From an uncultured Megamonas sp. (GTDB lineage Bacteria > Bacillota > Negativicutes > Selenomonadales > Selenomonadaceae): DNA of 64,000 bases. The notes under the pieces were generated by a model. It worked only from the letters and a program-made list of their open reading frames with translations. It was not told the DNA's origin and did not search any database. Location of the stretch: contig CAUWIH010000001.1 in assembly GCA_963558795.1 (NCBI GenBank), positions 3,546-67,545 on the forward strand, in the 5' to 3' direction. The number at the start of each line of letters is the position of its first letter. Positions within the stretch are counted from its first letter, which is position 1. The translations under genes were made by a program, and so were the position numbers. Positions 41,336 through 49,119 of this stretch are shown in pieces.

Positions 41336-42232
41336 TTATTTATTTGCTAATGCCTTGGCGATAAAACCTTGATTAGCATTTAATTTATCCATTGCTTGTG
41401 TATAGTTTAAATTAGCTAAAATCATTAAAATAGCAGGTTTTACTTGACCATTTGTTTCTTTTAATACAGCAATAGCAGTATCTTCAGTGCAATCAGTTGC
41501 TTCCATAACAATTTTTCTAGCACGAGCAACAAGTTTTTCATTAGAGGCTTTTACATCAACCATTAAATTACCATAGACTTTACCGAGTTTTATCATGGTA
41601 CAAGTAGATAACATATTCAGTATCATTTTTTGAGCAGTGCCGGCTTTCATACGAGTACTACCTGTGATAGCTTCTGGCCCTGTTAATGCTTCAAGAGCAA
41701 TATCAGCATGATGACTGATTTTACTATTGGGAGAACAGCTAATAGCAATAGTTAATGCACCAATATCATGAGCAAAATCCAATCCACCAATAACATAAGG
41801 TGTTCTACCACTAGCGGCGATACCGACAACACAATCTTTATTTGTTAAATGTTTATTAGACAAATCATCCTGAGCTAAAGTAAAAGAATCCTCTGCGCCT
41901 TCTTGTGCTTTAAAGATAGCATTATAACCACCAGCAATAATGCCTTGTACCATTTCAGGGTCGGTGCTATAAGTTGGGGGACATTCTACAGCATCTAAAA
42001 TACCAAGTCTACCCGAAGTACCTGCGCCAATATAAAATAAACGACCACCATTTTGTAGGCGAAGAGTGATTTCATCAATAGCTTTAGCAATTTGTGGTAA
42101 AATATTACGTATAGCGATAGCTACGCTCTTATCTTCTTCATTTAAAAGCATACACATTTCTAGTGTAGAAACAGTATCTATATTTATAGTATAAGGATTA
42201 CGTTGTTCCGTTAATAAATTATTAAGTAACAT
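41336..42232 (-). CDS. murQ: N-acetylmuramic acid 6-phosphate etherase
   Basis: GAGTSGRLG, DAVECPPTY, GAEDS, GIAASGRTP, GSTRMKAGTAQK. Confidence 0.95.
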   Translation of the reverse strand: MLLNNLLTEQRNPYTINIDTVSTLEMCMLLNEEDKSVAIAIRNILPQIAKAIDEITLRLQNGGRLFYIGAGTSGRLGILDAVECPPTYSTDPEMVQGIIAGGYNAIFKAQEGAEDSFTLAQDDLSNKHLTNKDCVVGIAASGRTPYVIGGLDFAHDIGALTIAISCSPNSKISHHADIALEALTGPEAITGSTRMKAGTAQKMILNMLSTCTMIKLGKVYGNLMVDVKASNEKLVARARKIVMEATDCTEDTAIAVLKETNGQVKPAILMILANLNYTQAMDKLNANQGFIAKALANK

Positions 42233-42400
42233 AAAAAAGCCTCCAAATCATTAATTTTTAAGAGAATATGTAATTAATTATATGTATAGATAAGCTAAAT
42301 AACAAGTTTTAATAAACTTTAAATTCTATTTTAAAGAAAATTTAATCTTTAGATGATATATTAAAGACAAATAAAAAATAAGACAAAAGGTCGTGTTAAT

Positions 42401-42691
42401 ATGTTAAAATTATTAAAAGGAAAAATGAAAAACGTTGTTTCTATTATAGCATTAGCTTGCTTTTTGAGTACTCCATTAACTTATCTAGCTCAACCAGCTA
42501 CAGCAGATGCTGCTATCTTCCATAGAGATAGAGGACATCATCACGGTTGGCACAAAGATCATTGGGATGATGACCGCTGGGATGATGATCGTTGGGATCA
42601 TGATGATGATAAAGATTTTGATAAAGGCGATATAGCAGCTGCCGTTGTAATTGGTGGAGTTGTTGGAGCTGTAATTGCAAATAATACTTGA
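42401..42691 (+). CDS. Secreted His/Trp/Asp-rich small protein with C-terminal glycine-zipper-like segment (paralogue 1)
   Basis: Signal peptide ending ATADA; HHHGWHKDHW(DDDRW)x2; tail DKGDIAAAVVIGGVVGAVIANNT. Alternative start ATG 42425. Confidence 0.75.
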   Translation: MLKLLKGKMKNVVSIIALACFLSTPLTYLAQPATADAAIFHRDRGHHHGWHKDHWDDDRWDDDRWDHDDDKDFDKGDIAAAVVIGGVVGAVIANNT

Positions 42692-42717
42692 TTTGGATAA
42701 ACATGGGAGGAAGTAAA

Positions 42718-43209
42718 ATGAGAGAATTATTTTCCAAAAGAGCAAAAAAAATAATTTGTGGTATATCTCTTTCCTGTTTTTTATGTAGTCCTGTAAGTTA
42801 TGTTTTTGGTATGCAAAAAGCAGCTGCAGCGGCATTAGATAATAATGTAGTTTATGAAAATAATTTTGATGTAACACAATTTGATGATAAAAAATGGGAT
42901 AGAGATCATAAGCGCCCTCATTGGACTAAAGACAGATGGGATGATGATAAATGGGATAAAGACCATAATAAAAGACCACATCGTCCACATTGGGACAAAG
43001 ATGATAAATGGGATGATGATGATTGGTGGGATAGAGACCACAAACGTCCTCATCGACCACATCGTCCACATTGGGATAAAGACAGATGGGATGATGATGA
43101 CTGGTGGGAAGATCGCAAAGATGATGACAAAGACTATGATAGAGGCGATGTAACAGCTGCTGTATTAATTGGTGGTGTTATCGGTGCGATTATTGCAAAA
43201 AATACTTAA
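42718..43209 (+). CDS. Secreted Trp/Asp/Arg-Pro-His repeat protein with C-terminal glycine-zipper-like segment (paralogue 2)
   Basis: RBS GGGAGG then ATG 42718; signal ending KAAAAA; tail DRGDVTAAVLIGGVIGAIIAKNT, nearly identical to paralogue 1. Confidence 0.8.
   Translation: MRELFSKRAKKIICGISLSCFLCSPVSYVFGMQKAAAAALDNNVVYENNFDVTQFDDKKWDRDHKRPHWTKDRWDDDKWDKDHNKRPHRPHWDKDDKWDDDDWWDRDHKRPHRPHRPHWDKDRWDDDDWWEDRKDDDKDYDRGDVTAAVLIGGVIGAIIAKNT
42895..43107 (+). repeat. Three coding repeat units WD(R/K)DH(N)K-(RPH)n-W(T/D)KD..WDDD with n = 1, 2, 3
   Basis: Read directly from the translation; synonymous codons vary between copies. Confidence 0.9.
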
Positions 43210-43240
43210 TAACTATCAAATTGAATATCAAATAAATGAA

Positions 43241-43280
43241 ATAAAAGCTAGATTAGTATATACTAATCTAGCTTTTTTAT
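43241..43280. terminator. Bidirectional terminator
   Basis: AAAAGCTAGATTAGTA..TACTAATCTAGCTTTT inverted repeat between convergent genes. Confidence 0.8.
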
Positions 43281-43282
43281 TT

Positions 43283-45199
43283 TTAGAAATTATATTCTAT
43301 ACCTAAAAGAACAGTTCTACCATTGGCTGGACAATATCCGTCAATAATAGAGCCTATTTTTTCATAAGATTCATTAGTTAAGTTTGCTAATTTTAGATAA
43401 GTAGACCAATTATCATTAATTTTATAGTTAAAGTTAGCGTCAATAATAAAATAGCTACTATCATAATAACTATGATCACGACCAGATACACCAGTGAATA
43501 ATAAATTATTATGCCAAATATCGTCATGATAACTAAAGCGCATTTTATAGCTATTAGGAGCTACTGCATTGACATCAGTTTGCTCATGATTACCAAAATC
43601 AGTTTTAGTGCTAGTATGAGCATAGCTAAGTGTCATATCATATTTTGGACTAAATTCTTGAGTATAATCTAATTGGAAACCTTGTTTTTTCTGGTCAGCA
43701 AAATTTATTGCATGAAATTTTTTATCATTAAGATTGTATTGCCAGCCGATAGGGTCATCAATTTTTTCTAAAAATACATTAAAATTGAGCATACTTTTTT
43801 CAGATAATTTATGACGAATACCGAGGCTACCTTTATAACCGGTTTCAGGTTCGAGGTTTGGATTACCCTTGATATAATCATTATTAAAATAAAGTTCATC
43901 TAAAAATGGTGTAGCATAGATTTCTTGAAGTGAAGCATAAATAGTAGTTTTATCATCAGCTTGATAATTTAAAGCACCATTGGAAACATATTTACCACCA
44001 AATTCACTATTGCTGTTATATAAAGACGTTCCAGTAAGAATTAATTTATCAAAACGGCGAGTAGATTGAAAATAAATAGAAGTATTATCGATACTTTCAT
44101 TATAATTTGCACTAAATGGTTCAGAGTAAGAATTATTTATATTATCTACATTGGTATGACGATAAATTAAACCAGCAGATAAAATATGGTCTTTACTTAT
44201 TTGCCAAGCATCATGCCAATCAATACCACTTGCAGTATTTTCCCAGCGATTATAACTAGGTTCATTTTCTTGTTCAACAAAACCAGTTGGAATATAGCTA
44301 TCTCCTTGTGTATAGTTATGATAAATTGTAACGTAAGCAGGAGTATTAGTTTTTTCTTTATAATTATAAGTCAAATCAAAATGATTGATTAATTTTTCAT
44401 AATTATAATTTTGAGGATAATTTGCAAAAATCCATGTTCCTGTATCATTACTTAAATGGCTATAGTTGAAGGTAAGTGAAGAATCATCTGTTAATTGTTT
44501 ATCAATACGATAAGACATTTCACGACGATTTTTTTCAGAGTTTGGTAATTCGTGATCATCGCCATCTATACCGTGATATTTTTGATAATCAATATTATCA
44601 AAGCCACCAGTAGCGACCCAAGACCAATCTTTGATACTACCGCTAGTTATGGCTTTAGTTTTCCATTGACCATGCTGACCACCAGCGATATCAATAGTAG
44701 TTTCACGATTAGTTCCCTTTTTGGTAATAATATTAATAGCACCGCCAGGTGTATCATAATTTAAAGCATTTGCGCCTACAGCACCATGAACGATTTCAAT
44801 ACGTTCAACATTCATAATAGAAGGTAATAAATCTAAATCGTAAGAGGCACGCCCATTAGTTAAGCCTTTATCCATATTTAAACGACGACCATCAATGAAA
44901 AATGCTACACGGTCATCACCATCGATACGAATAACAGTATTAGCCGTATTGATAGAGCCTGGATTTACGATAACACCATTAGCATAGGTAAGTGCTTCTG
45001 CAACATTTTGGTAATGATTATCGTGAATTTCTTGAGCGGTAATAATTGTAGTATAAGCTGGGGTTGTAACTAAAGCATTATTGTCGATAATACTATGTAC
45101 ATTGGGATAAGGTGCTTCGTTTGCATATGAATTGTTTGGGAAAAGCAACGAGCAACTAGCTAAACCTAAAATTAATAAAGTAGATTGATGTTTATTCAT
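43283..45199 (-). CDS. TonB-dependent outer-membrane receptor
   Basis: Signal peptide; plug motifs IITAQEI..VAEAL..ANGV, IDGRR, ERIEIVHG, GGAINIITK; NPNLEPE; C-terminal GIEYNF beta-signal. Confidence 0.9.
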   Translation of the reverse strand: MNKHQSTLLILGLASCSLLFPNNSYANEAPYPNVHSIIDNNALVTTPAYTTIITAQEIHDNHYQNVAEALTYANGVIVNPGSINTANTVIRIDGDDRVAFFIDGRRLNMDKGLTNGRASYDLDLLPSIMNVERIEIVHGAVGANALNYDTPGGAINIITKKGTNRETTIDIAGGQHGQWKTKAITSGSIKDWSWVATGGFDNIDYQKYHGIDGDDHELPNSEKNRREMSYRIDKQLTDDSSLTFNYSHLSNDTGTWIFANYPQNYNYEKLINHFDLTYNYKEKTNTPAYVTIYHNYTQGDSYIPTGFVEQENEPSYNRWENTASGIDWHDAWQISKDHILSAGLIYRHTNVDNINNSYSEPFSANYNESIDNTSIYFQSTRRFDKLILTGTSLYNSNSEFGGKYVSNGALNYQADDKTTIYASLQEIYATPFLDELYFNNDYIKGNPNLEPETGYKGSLGIRHKLSEKSMLNFNVFLEKIDDPIGWQYNLNDKKFHAINFADQKKQGFQLDYTQEFSPKYDMTLSYAHTSTKTDFGNHEQTDVNAVAPNSYKMRFSYHDDIWHNNLLFTGVSGRDHSYYDSSYFIIDANFNYKINDNWSTYLKLANLTNESYEKIGSIIDGYCPANGRTVLLGIEYNF

Positions 45200-46124
45200 T
45201 GTGAAAATAATCCTTTCCTAAATCTGTATATTTAATTTTTAAATAAATAGTGATAGCAATAAAAAAGTTACAAATATTTTTTAATAAAAATAGTAAATTT
45301 ATAATAAGATAGGTACGTAGAGTAGTTAAAATTCTAGATATTTTAGCATAAATTAAAATAAAAATAAATAAAAATATATTTATTGTAGAATGTTGACGAT
45401 GTTTTTTTACCTTAGTGTACAGTTTTAATAATAAAGTATTGATTGCTTTGCCTATAAGATTACCCAATTGAGAAGTAAGCAAACTCAAAAAAGCAATGAT
45501 TAATAAACTAATATCTACCCCAATAAAATAGATAGCGCCAATACTTAAAAAAGGAATGATTAGTAAAAATAAGATTTTTAAACAGATTAAATTGAAAAGC
45601 ATAATAATAATGTTTCTCAGTAATCGTTTAAACATTAAGGTATGGGTAATGATGAAATTTTTTAAACGAAAAATAGCATTACTAAGTGGCCATAATGATT
45701 TACAAAAAATTTTAAGGTCAGTTAATCTTTGGCGTAAATGGTCAAAAAATTGTAACCAAAATTGACGAAAATCAGTAGGTATTTGACGGATAATTTGGAT
45801 TAAATTATTTGGAGAAAAATTCATTAATAATGATTTAATGAAACGTGAGATATCATTAAATGAAGGAATAAGATTATTAAAACTATGAGCTATTTGACGA
45901 ATGGAAGATAAAATATCTTTAAACGAATTAAAAGATAAATTTATATTCATTAAATGTTGAAGAAAATTACTAAGTGGTAAAGGTAAAATAGTAAAAAATA
46001 AACAAATAATAATACCTAAAAATCGAAATAAAATAACAAAAAATAAATATCTTAAAAATAAAAATGGTTGACGTTTAAAAGCCAAATATTTGATATACAG
46101 TTGGCGTTTTAGCTTAGAAAACAT
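45192..46124 (-). CDS. Hypothetical basic, hydrophobic membrane protein (ORFan-like)
   Basis: 310 stop-free codons in very AT-rich DNA, RBS GAGGTG, 8-nt overlap with the receptor start; no recognisable family motif. Confidence 0.55.
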   Translation of the reverse strand: MFSKLKRQLYIKYLAFKRQPFLFLRYLFFVILFRFLGIIICLFFTILPLPLSNFLQHLMNINLSFNSFKDILSSIRQIAHSFNNLIPSFNDISRFIKSLLMNFSPNNLIQIIRQIPTDFRQFWLQFFDHLRQRLTDLKIFCKSLWPLSNAIFRLKNFIITHTLMFKRLLRNIIIMLFNLICLKILFLLIIPFLSIGAIYFIGVDISLLIIAFLSLLTSQLGNLIGKAINTLLLKLYTKVKKHRQHSTINIFLFIFILIYAKISRILTTLRTYLIINLLFLLKNICNFFIAITIYLKIKYTDLGKDYFHNE

Positions 46125-46184
46125 AAAAACACCTCAAATGAAATATATAACTGCCTATAGTATATAGTCATTTGAGGTGTTTTT
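46125..46184 (-). terminator. 17-bp inverted repeat after bioA; its downstream arm contains the RBS of the next gene
   Basis: AAAAACACCTCAAATGA (46125-46141) / TCATTTGAGGTGTTTTT (46168-46184). Confidence 0.7.
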
Positions 46185-46197
46185 TCAAGAGTGGATT

Positions 46198-47550
46198 TTA
46201 AATATGGAGTGTTTCGTTGATAGAGCTATAACAAAGGTCAATAGCTTTATCTAAAGTTTCTTTGTCTATATTTAATGGAGGATTAAAATATAAAACATCA
46301 CCTAATGGTCGAAGTAATAAGCCTTTAGTTAAGGCTAATTTATAAATTTGATAACCTAGACGTTTATCACTAGCAAAAGCTTGTTTAGTGTCTTTATTTT
46401 GAACTAATTCAATAGCATTTATTAAACCAAGATGACGAATTTCACCAACATTAGGATGATTTTCAAAAACATCTTGAAGTTTTGCATGTAAATATTTAGC
46501 AGTATCTTGAGCTTTTTCTAAAATATGTTCTTCACGTAATATTTTTTGAACAGCAAGAGCTGCAGTACAGCCAAGAGGGTTACCACTATAAGTATGACTG
46601 TGCATAAAGGCTTTACCTTCACTGTAATCAGCATAAAAAGCATCATAAATTTTTTGTGTAGTAATAGTTATAGCCATTGGCATATAACCACCAGTTAAGC
46701 CTTTGGAGATAGTCATAATATCAGGAGAAACATTTGTATAATCAAAAGCAAACATTTTACCAGTACGACCAAAACCAGTAGCAATTTCATCAGCGATTAA
46801 AATAACATTATATTCATCGCAAAGTTTACGTAATTTTTCAAGATAAAGTGGTGGATACATACGCATACCTGCACTACCTTGAATAAGTGGTTCAACAATA
46901 ACAGCAGCAAGTTCATTACCGTATTTGGCAAAATCTTCCTCAGCATGAACAAAACATTCACATTTACAAGTATCACGATTTAAGCCATAAGGGCAACGAT
47001 AACAATCAGGAGCTTGAGTATGCACTGCATTCATAAGCATTGGTTTATAAATTTTAGCATATAAATCCATACTACCAACGGATAAAGCACCAATAGTTTC
47101 ACCATGATAACCTTCAGATAAACACATAAAACGTTGTTTTTGTGGATTGCCTGTTTGATAATGATATTGGAAAGCCATTTTTAAAGCACATTCTACAGAG
47201 GCAGAACCATTATCACTAAAGTTGAATTTACATAATCCTTTTGGCACTATTTTTATCAATTCTTGACAAAGTTTAATAGCTGGCTTATGAGAAAGATTAG
47301 CAAAGATAACATGTTCAAGAGTATCTAATTGTTTTTTTAGTGCTTCATTAATTGTAGGATTAGCATGACCTAAAAGATTACACCACCAAGAACTAATGAT
47401 ATCTATATATTCTTTGCCATTAATGTCATATAAATAACTACCTTTACCATGGTCAATGACAATAGGTTTTAATTCTTCATAGTCTTTCATTTGTGAGCAA
47501 GGATGCCAGATATATTTTAAATCTTCGTCAACCCAATTTGTATTACACAT
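46198..47550 (-). CDS. bioA: Adenosylmethionine-8-amino-7-oxononanoate aminotransferase
   Basis: IWHPCSQM, SSWWCNLLGH, SDNGSASVE.ALKMA, YHGET, DEIATGFGRTG, SKGLTGG, HSHTYSGNP. Confidence 0.95.
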   Translation of the reverse strand: MCNTNWVDEDLKYIWHPCSQMKDYEELKPIVIDHGKGSYLYDINGKEYIDIISSWWCNLLGHANPTINEALKKQLDTLEHVIFANLSHKPAIKLCQELIKIVPKGLCKFNFSDNGSASVECALKMAFQYHYQTGNPQKQRFMCLSEGYHGETIGALSVGSMDLYAKIYKPMLMNAVHTQAPDCYRCPYGLNRDTCKCECFVHAEEDFAKYGNELAAVIVEPLIQGSAGMRMYPPLYLEKLRKLCDEYNVILIADEIATGFGRTGKMFAFDYTNVSPDIMTISKGLTGGYMPMAITITTQKIYDAFYADYSEGKAFMHSHTYSGNPLGCTAALAVQKILREEHILEKAQDTAKYLHAKLQDVFENHPNVGEIRHLGLINAIELVQNKDTKQAFASDKRLGYQIYKLALTKGLLLRPLGDVLYFNPPLNIDKETLDKAIDLCYSSINETLHI

Positions 47551-47580
47551 AATAATCCATTCCTTATTTTCTTAAATTTA

Positions 47581-48249
47581 TTATAAATATAATTCTTTTA
47601 AAACATTAACATCAATATCAATATCAGTGTCATTTGGTTTTACAAGAGCAAGAACTTTATAATTAGTGAGTTCTTCAATCATTTTAATATTATCATCTTG
47701 CATAATACCACCAGTATAATTATTTAAAATGATACCTTGAATTTTAATATTTTGTTGTTTTAAATATTCAATAGTAAGAACTACAGAATTTATAGTACCA
47801 AGACCAGCATCAGCAATAATTAATGCTGGTAAATCTAACCAATGAATAATATCAGTAAGAAAATATTTAGCTTCATCATCATAACGAATAGGACAAATAA
47901 TGCCGCCACTACCTTCAACAGTGACAAAATCATATTTTTGTTGGACAGTGTGATAATCTTTAATAACTACATTTTTTTCTACAGGATTACCTTCAAGTTG
48001 ACTAGCTAAATGAGGAGAAACAGCATGTTTATATAAATAAGATAGTAAAGTTTTTTCTTCTTGATGAATATCAGCTATTTTATTGACATAGCCAGCATCA
48101 CTATTAGTGATATCATTTGCACCACTTAAAGCTGCTTTATAATAACCAGCATTTAAATTAGCTTCACGTAATTTTTTTACAAGTAAAGCAGTTACATAAG
48201 TTTTACCAATATCTGTACCAGTTGCAGTAATAAATAAACCTTTACTCAT
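47581..48249 (-). CDS. bioD: Dethiobiotin synthetase
   Basis: FITATGTDIGKT, YYKAALSG, SPHLA, VEGSGG, LGTIN. Confidence 0.95.
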   Translation of the reverse strand: MSKGLFITATGTDIGKTYVTALLVKKLREANLNAGYYKAALSGANDITNSDAGYVNKIADIHQEEKTLLSYLYKHAVSPHLASQLEGNPVEKNVVIKDYHTVQQKYDFVTVEGSGGIICPIRYDDEAKYFLTDIIHWLDLPALIIADAGLGTINSVVLTIEYLKQQNIKIQGIILNNYTGGIMQDDNIKMIEELTNYKVLALVKPNDTDIDIDVNVLKELYL

Positions 48250-48269
48250 AGGACATCTCTTTTCTTAAA

Positions 48270-48836
48270 TTAATTATAATATCTTAAATTAGGTATTAGT
48301 TTTTTACCTAAAATAGCAGCAATGATACAAAGAACAATATCTCCAGGTACAGCTAGTAAGAAACAATATAAAAATAAAGGCCATACACCAATTGGAGTAT
48401 TTAAATAAAAATTATTGATGATATAAACATAAATCATGCCAAATCCATAAACAAAGAATAGATTTACAAAATTTACAAAGATTAAATAAGTATAAGATAA
48501 ATGTTGACGTTTTTCCGTTAATTTGCCAGCAAAATAAGCACCAACAGCAAAACCGATTAAATAACCAAATGTTGGCTGGAGAATATATCCAGGACCACCG
48601 CCTTCAGTGAAGATTGGTATACCAATTAAACCAATAATGATATATGTAAATACACTAATAAATCCAAGATTTGCACCCAATAGTAATCCTGCCAAAGTAG
48701 TAAATAATAATTGCAAAGTAAAAGGACAGACAGGAACAGGAATTTTTATGAATGCACCAATAGCAATTAAGGCTACGAATAAAGCACATAAAATCATGTT
48801 TTTAGTAGTTAAAGTTTTTTGGGAATTAGTTGACAT
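48270..48836 (-). CDS. bioY: Biotin ECF transporter S component
   Basis: VPVCPFTLQ, GLIGIPIFTEGGG, PTFGYLIGF, PGD motifs. Confidence 0.92.
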   Translation of the reverse strand: MSTNSQKTLTTKNMILCALFVALIAIGAFIKIPVPVCPFTLQLLFTTLAGLLLGANLGFISVFTYIIIGLIGIPIFTEGGGPGYILQPTFGYLIGFAVGAYFAGKLTEKRQHLSYTYLIFVNFVNLFFVYGFGMIYVYIINNFYLNTPIGVWPLFLYCFLLAVPGDIVLCIIAAILGKKLIPNLRYYN

Positions 48837-48888
48837 AAATAATCACCTTATTTGTATTTTTATAGTTATTAAAGCATATATACACCAT

Positions 48889-48921
48889 ATTGTCAACTAA
48901 AAAAAAGATATGGTTAACCTT
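48889..48921. promoter_or_regulatory. BirA operator upstream of bioY-bioD-bioA
   Basis: ATTGTCAAC-N15-GTTAACC (half-sites at 48891-48897 and 48913-48919). Confidence 0.75.
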
Positions 48922-48927
48922 GTGGAT

Positions 48928-48958
48928 AAAAAAAAACAGCCAATAAAATGGCTGTTTT
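48928..48958 (-). terminator. Terminator of the sorbitol operon
   Basis: CAGCCA-N6-TGGCTG with a long T tract on the minus strand. Confidence 0.65.
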
Positions 48959-48985
48959 AAATTTAGATAGGGATAAGATAGGTTC

Positions 48986-49014
48986 TTGACAGGATAAACT
49001 CTTTATCATATGCT
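48986..49014 (+). promoter_or_regulatory. Orphan sigmaA promoter pointing into the srlD 3' UTR
   Basis: TTGACA (48986-48991), N17, TATGCT (49009-49014); the spacer carries a GATAA-N5-TTATC palindrome. Confidence 0.6.
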
Positions 49015-49020
49015 TGTATT

Positions 49021-49088
49021 AACCTTGATGTGTGCAAATATCAGGTTCTAAGTCACTATGAAACGGCAATTTCGTAGTGGCTTTTTTT
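49021..49088 (+). ncRNA. Candidate ~68-nt two-hairpin small RNA
   Basis: Promoter immediately upstream, hairpin 49021-49047, 13-bp terminator stem 49051-49082 with two G.U pairs that form only on the + strand, then a T run. Confidence 0.55.
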
Positions 49089-49119
49089 ATTAAGCATATG
49101 TATTTTTTCATAATTGTAA

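Noticed and set aside
42401-42790. Lipoprotein assignment for the two repeat proteins (Cys in the signal region)
   Set aside because: ALAC and SLSC do not fit the lipobox well, and AxA-type SPase I sites follow further on.
42895-43107. Possible CRISPR array in the repeat region
   Set aside because: Repeats are in-frame, degenerate at third positions, have no unique spacers of constant length, and there are no cas genes.
42485-43153. Overlapping ORFs 42485-42877, 42513-42737, 42835-43071 and 42881-43153 with repetitive Met/Ile-rich sequence
   Set aside because: Other-frame read-outs of the GAT/TGG repeats. The frame with RBS, signal peptide and paralogous C-terminus is the real one.
46125-46197. 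Cobalamin or other riboswitch upstream of the TonB receptor operon
   Set aside because: The intergenic region is only 73 nt and has no B12-box or other aptamer core that I can recognise.
48960-49119. Type I toxin ORF opposite the candidate sRNA
   Set aside because: Minus-strand micro-ORFs (MKKYICLIKKSHYEIAVS and similar) have no RBS and no hydrophobic helix.
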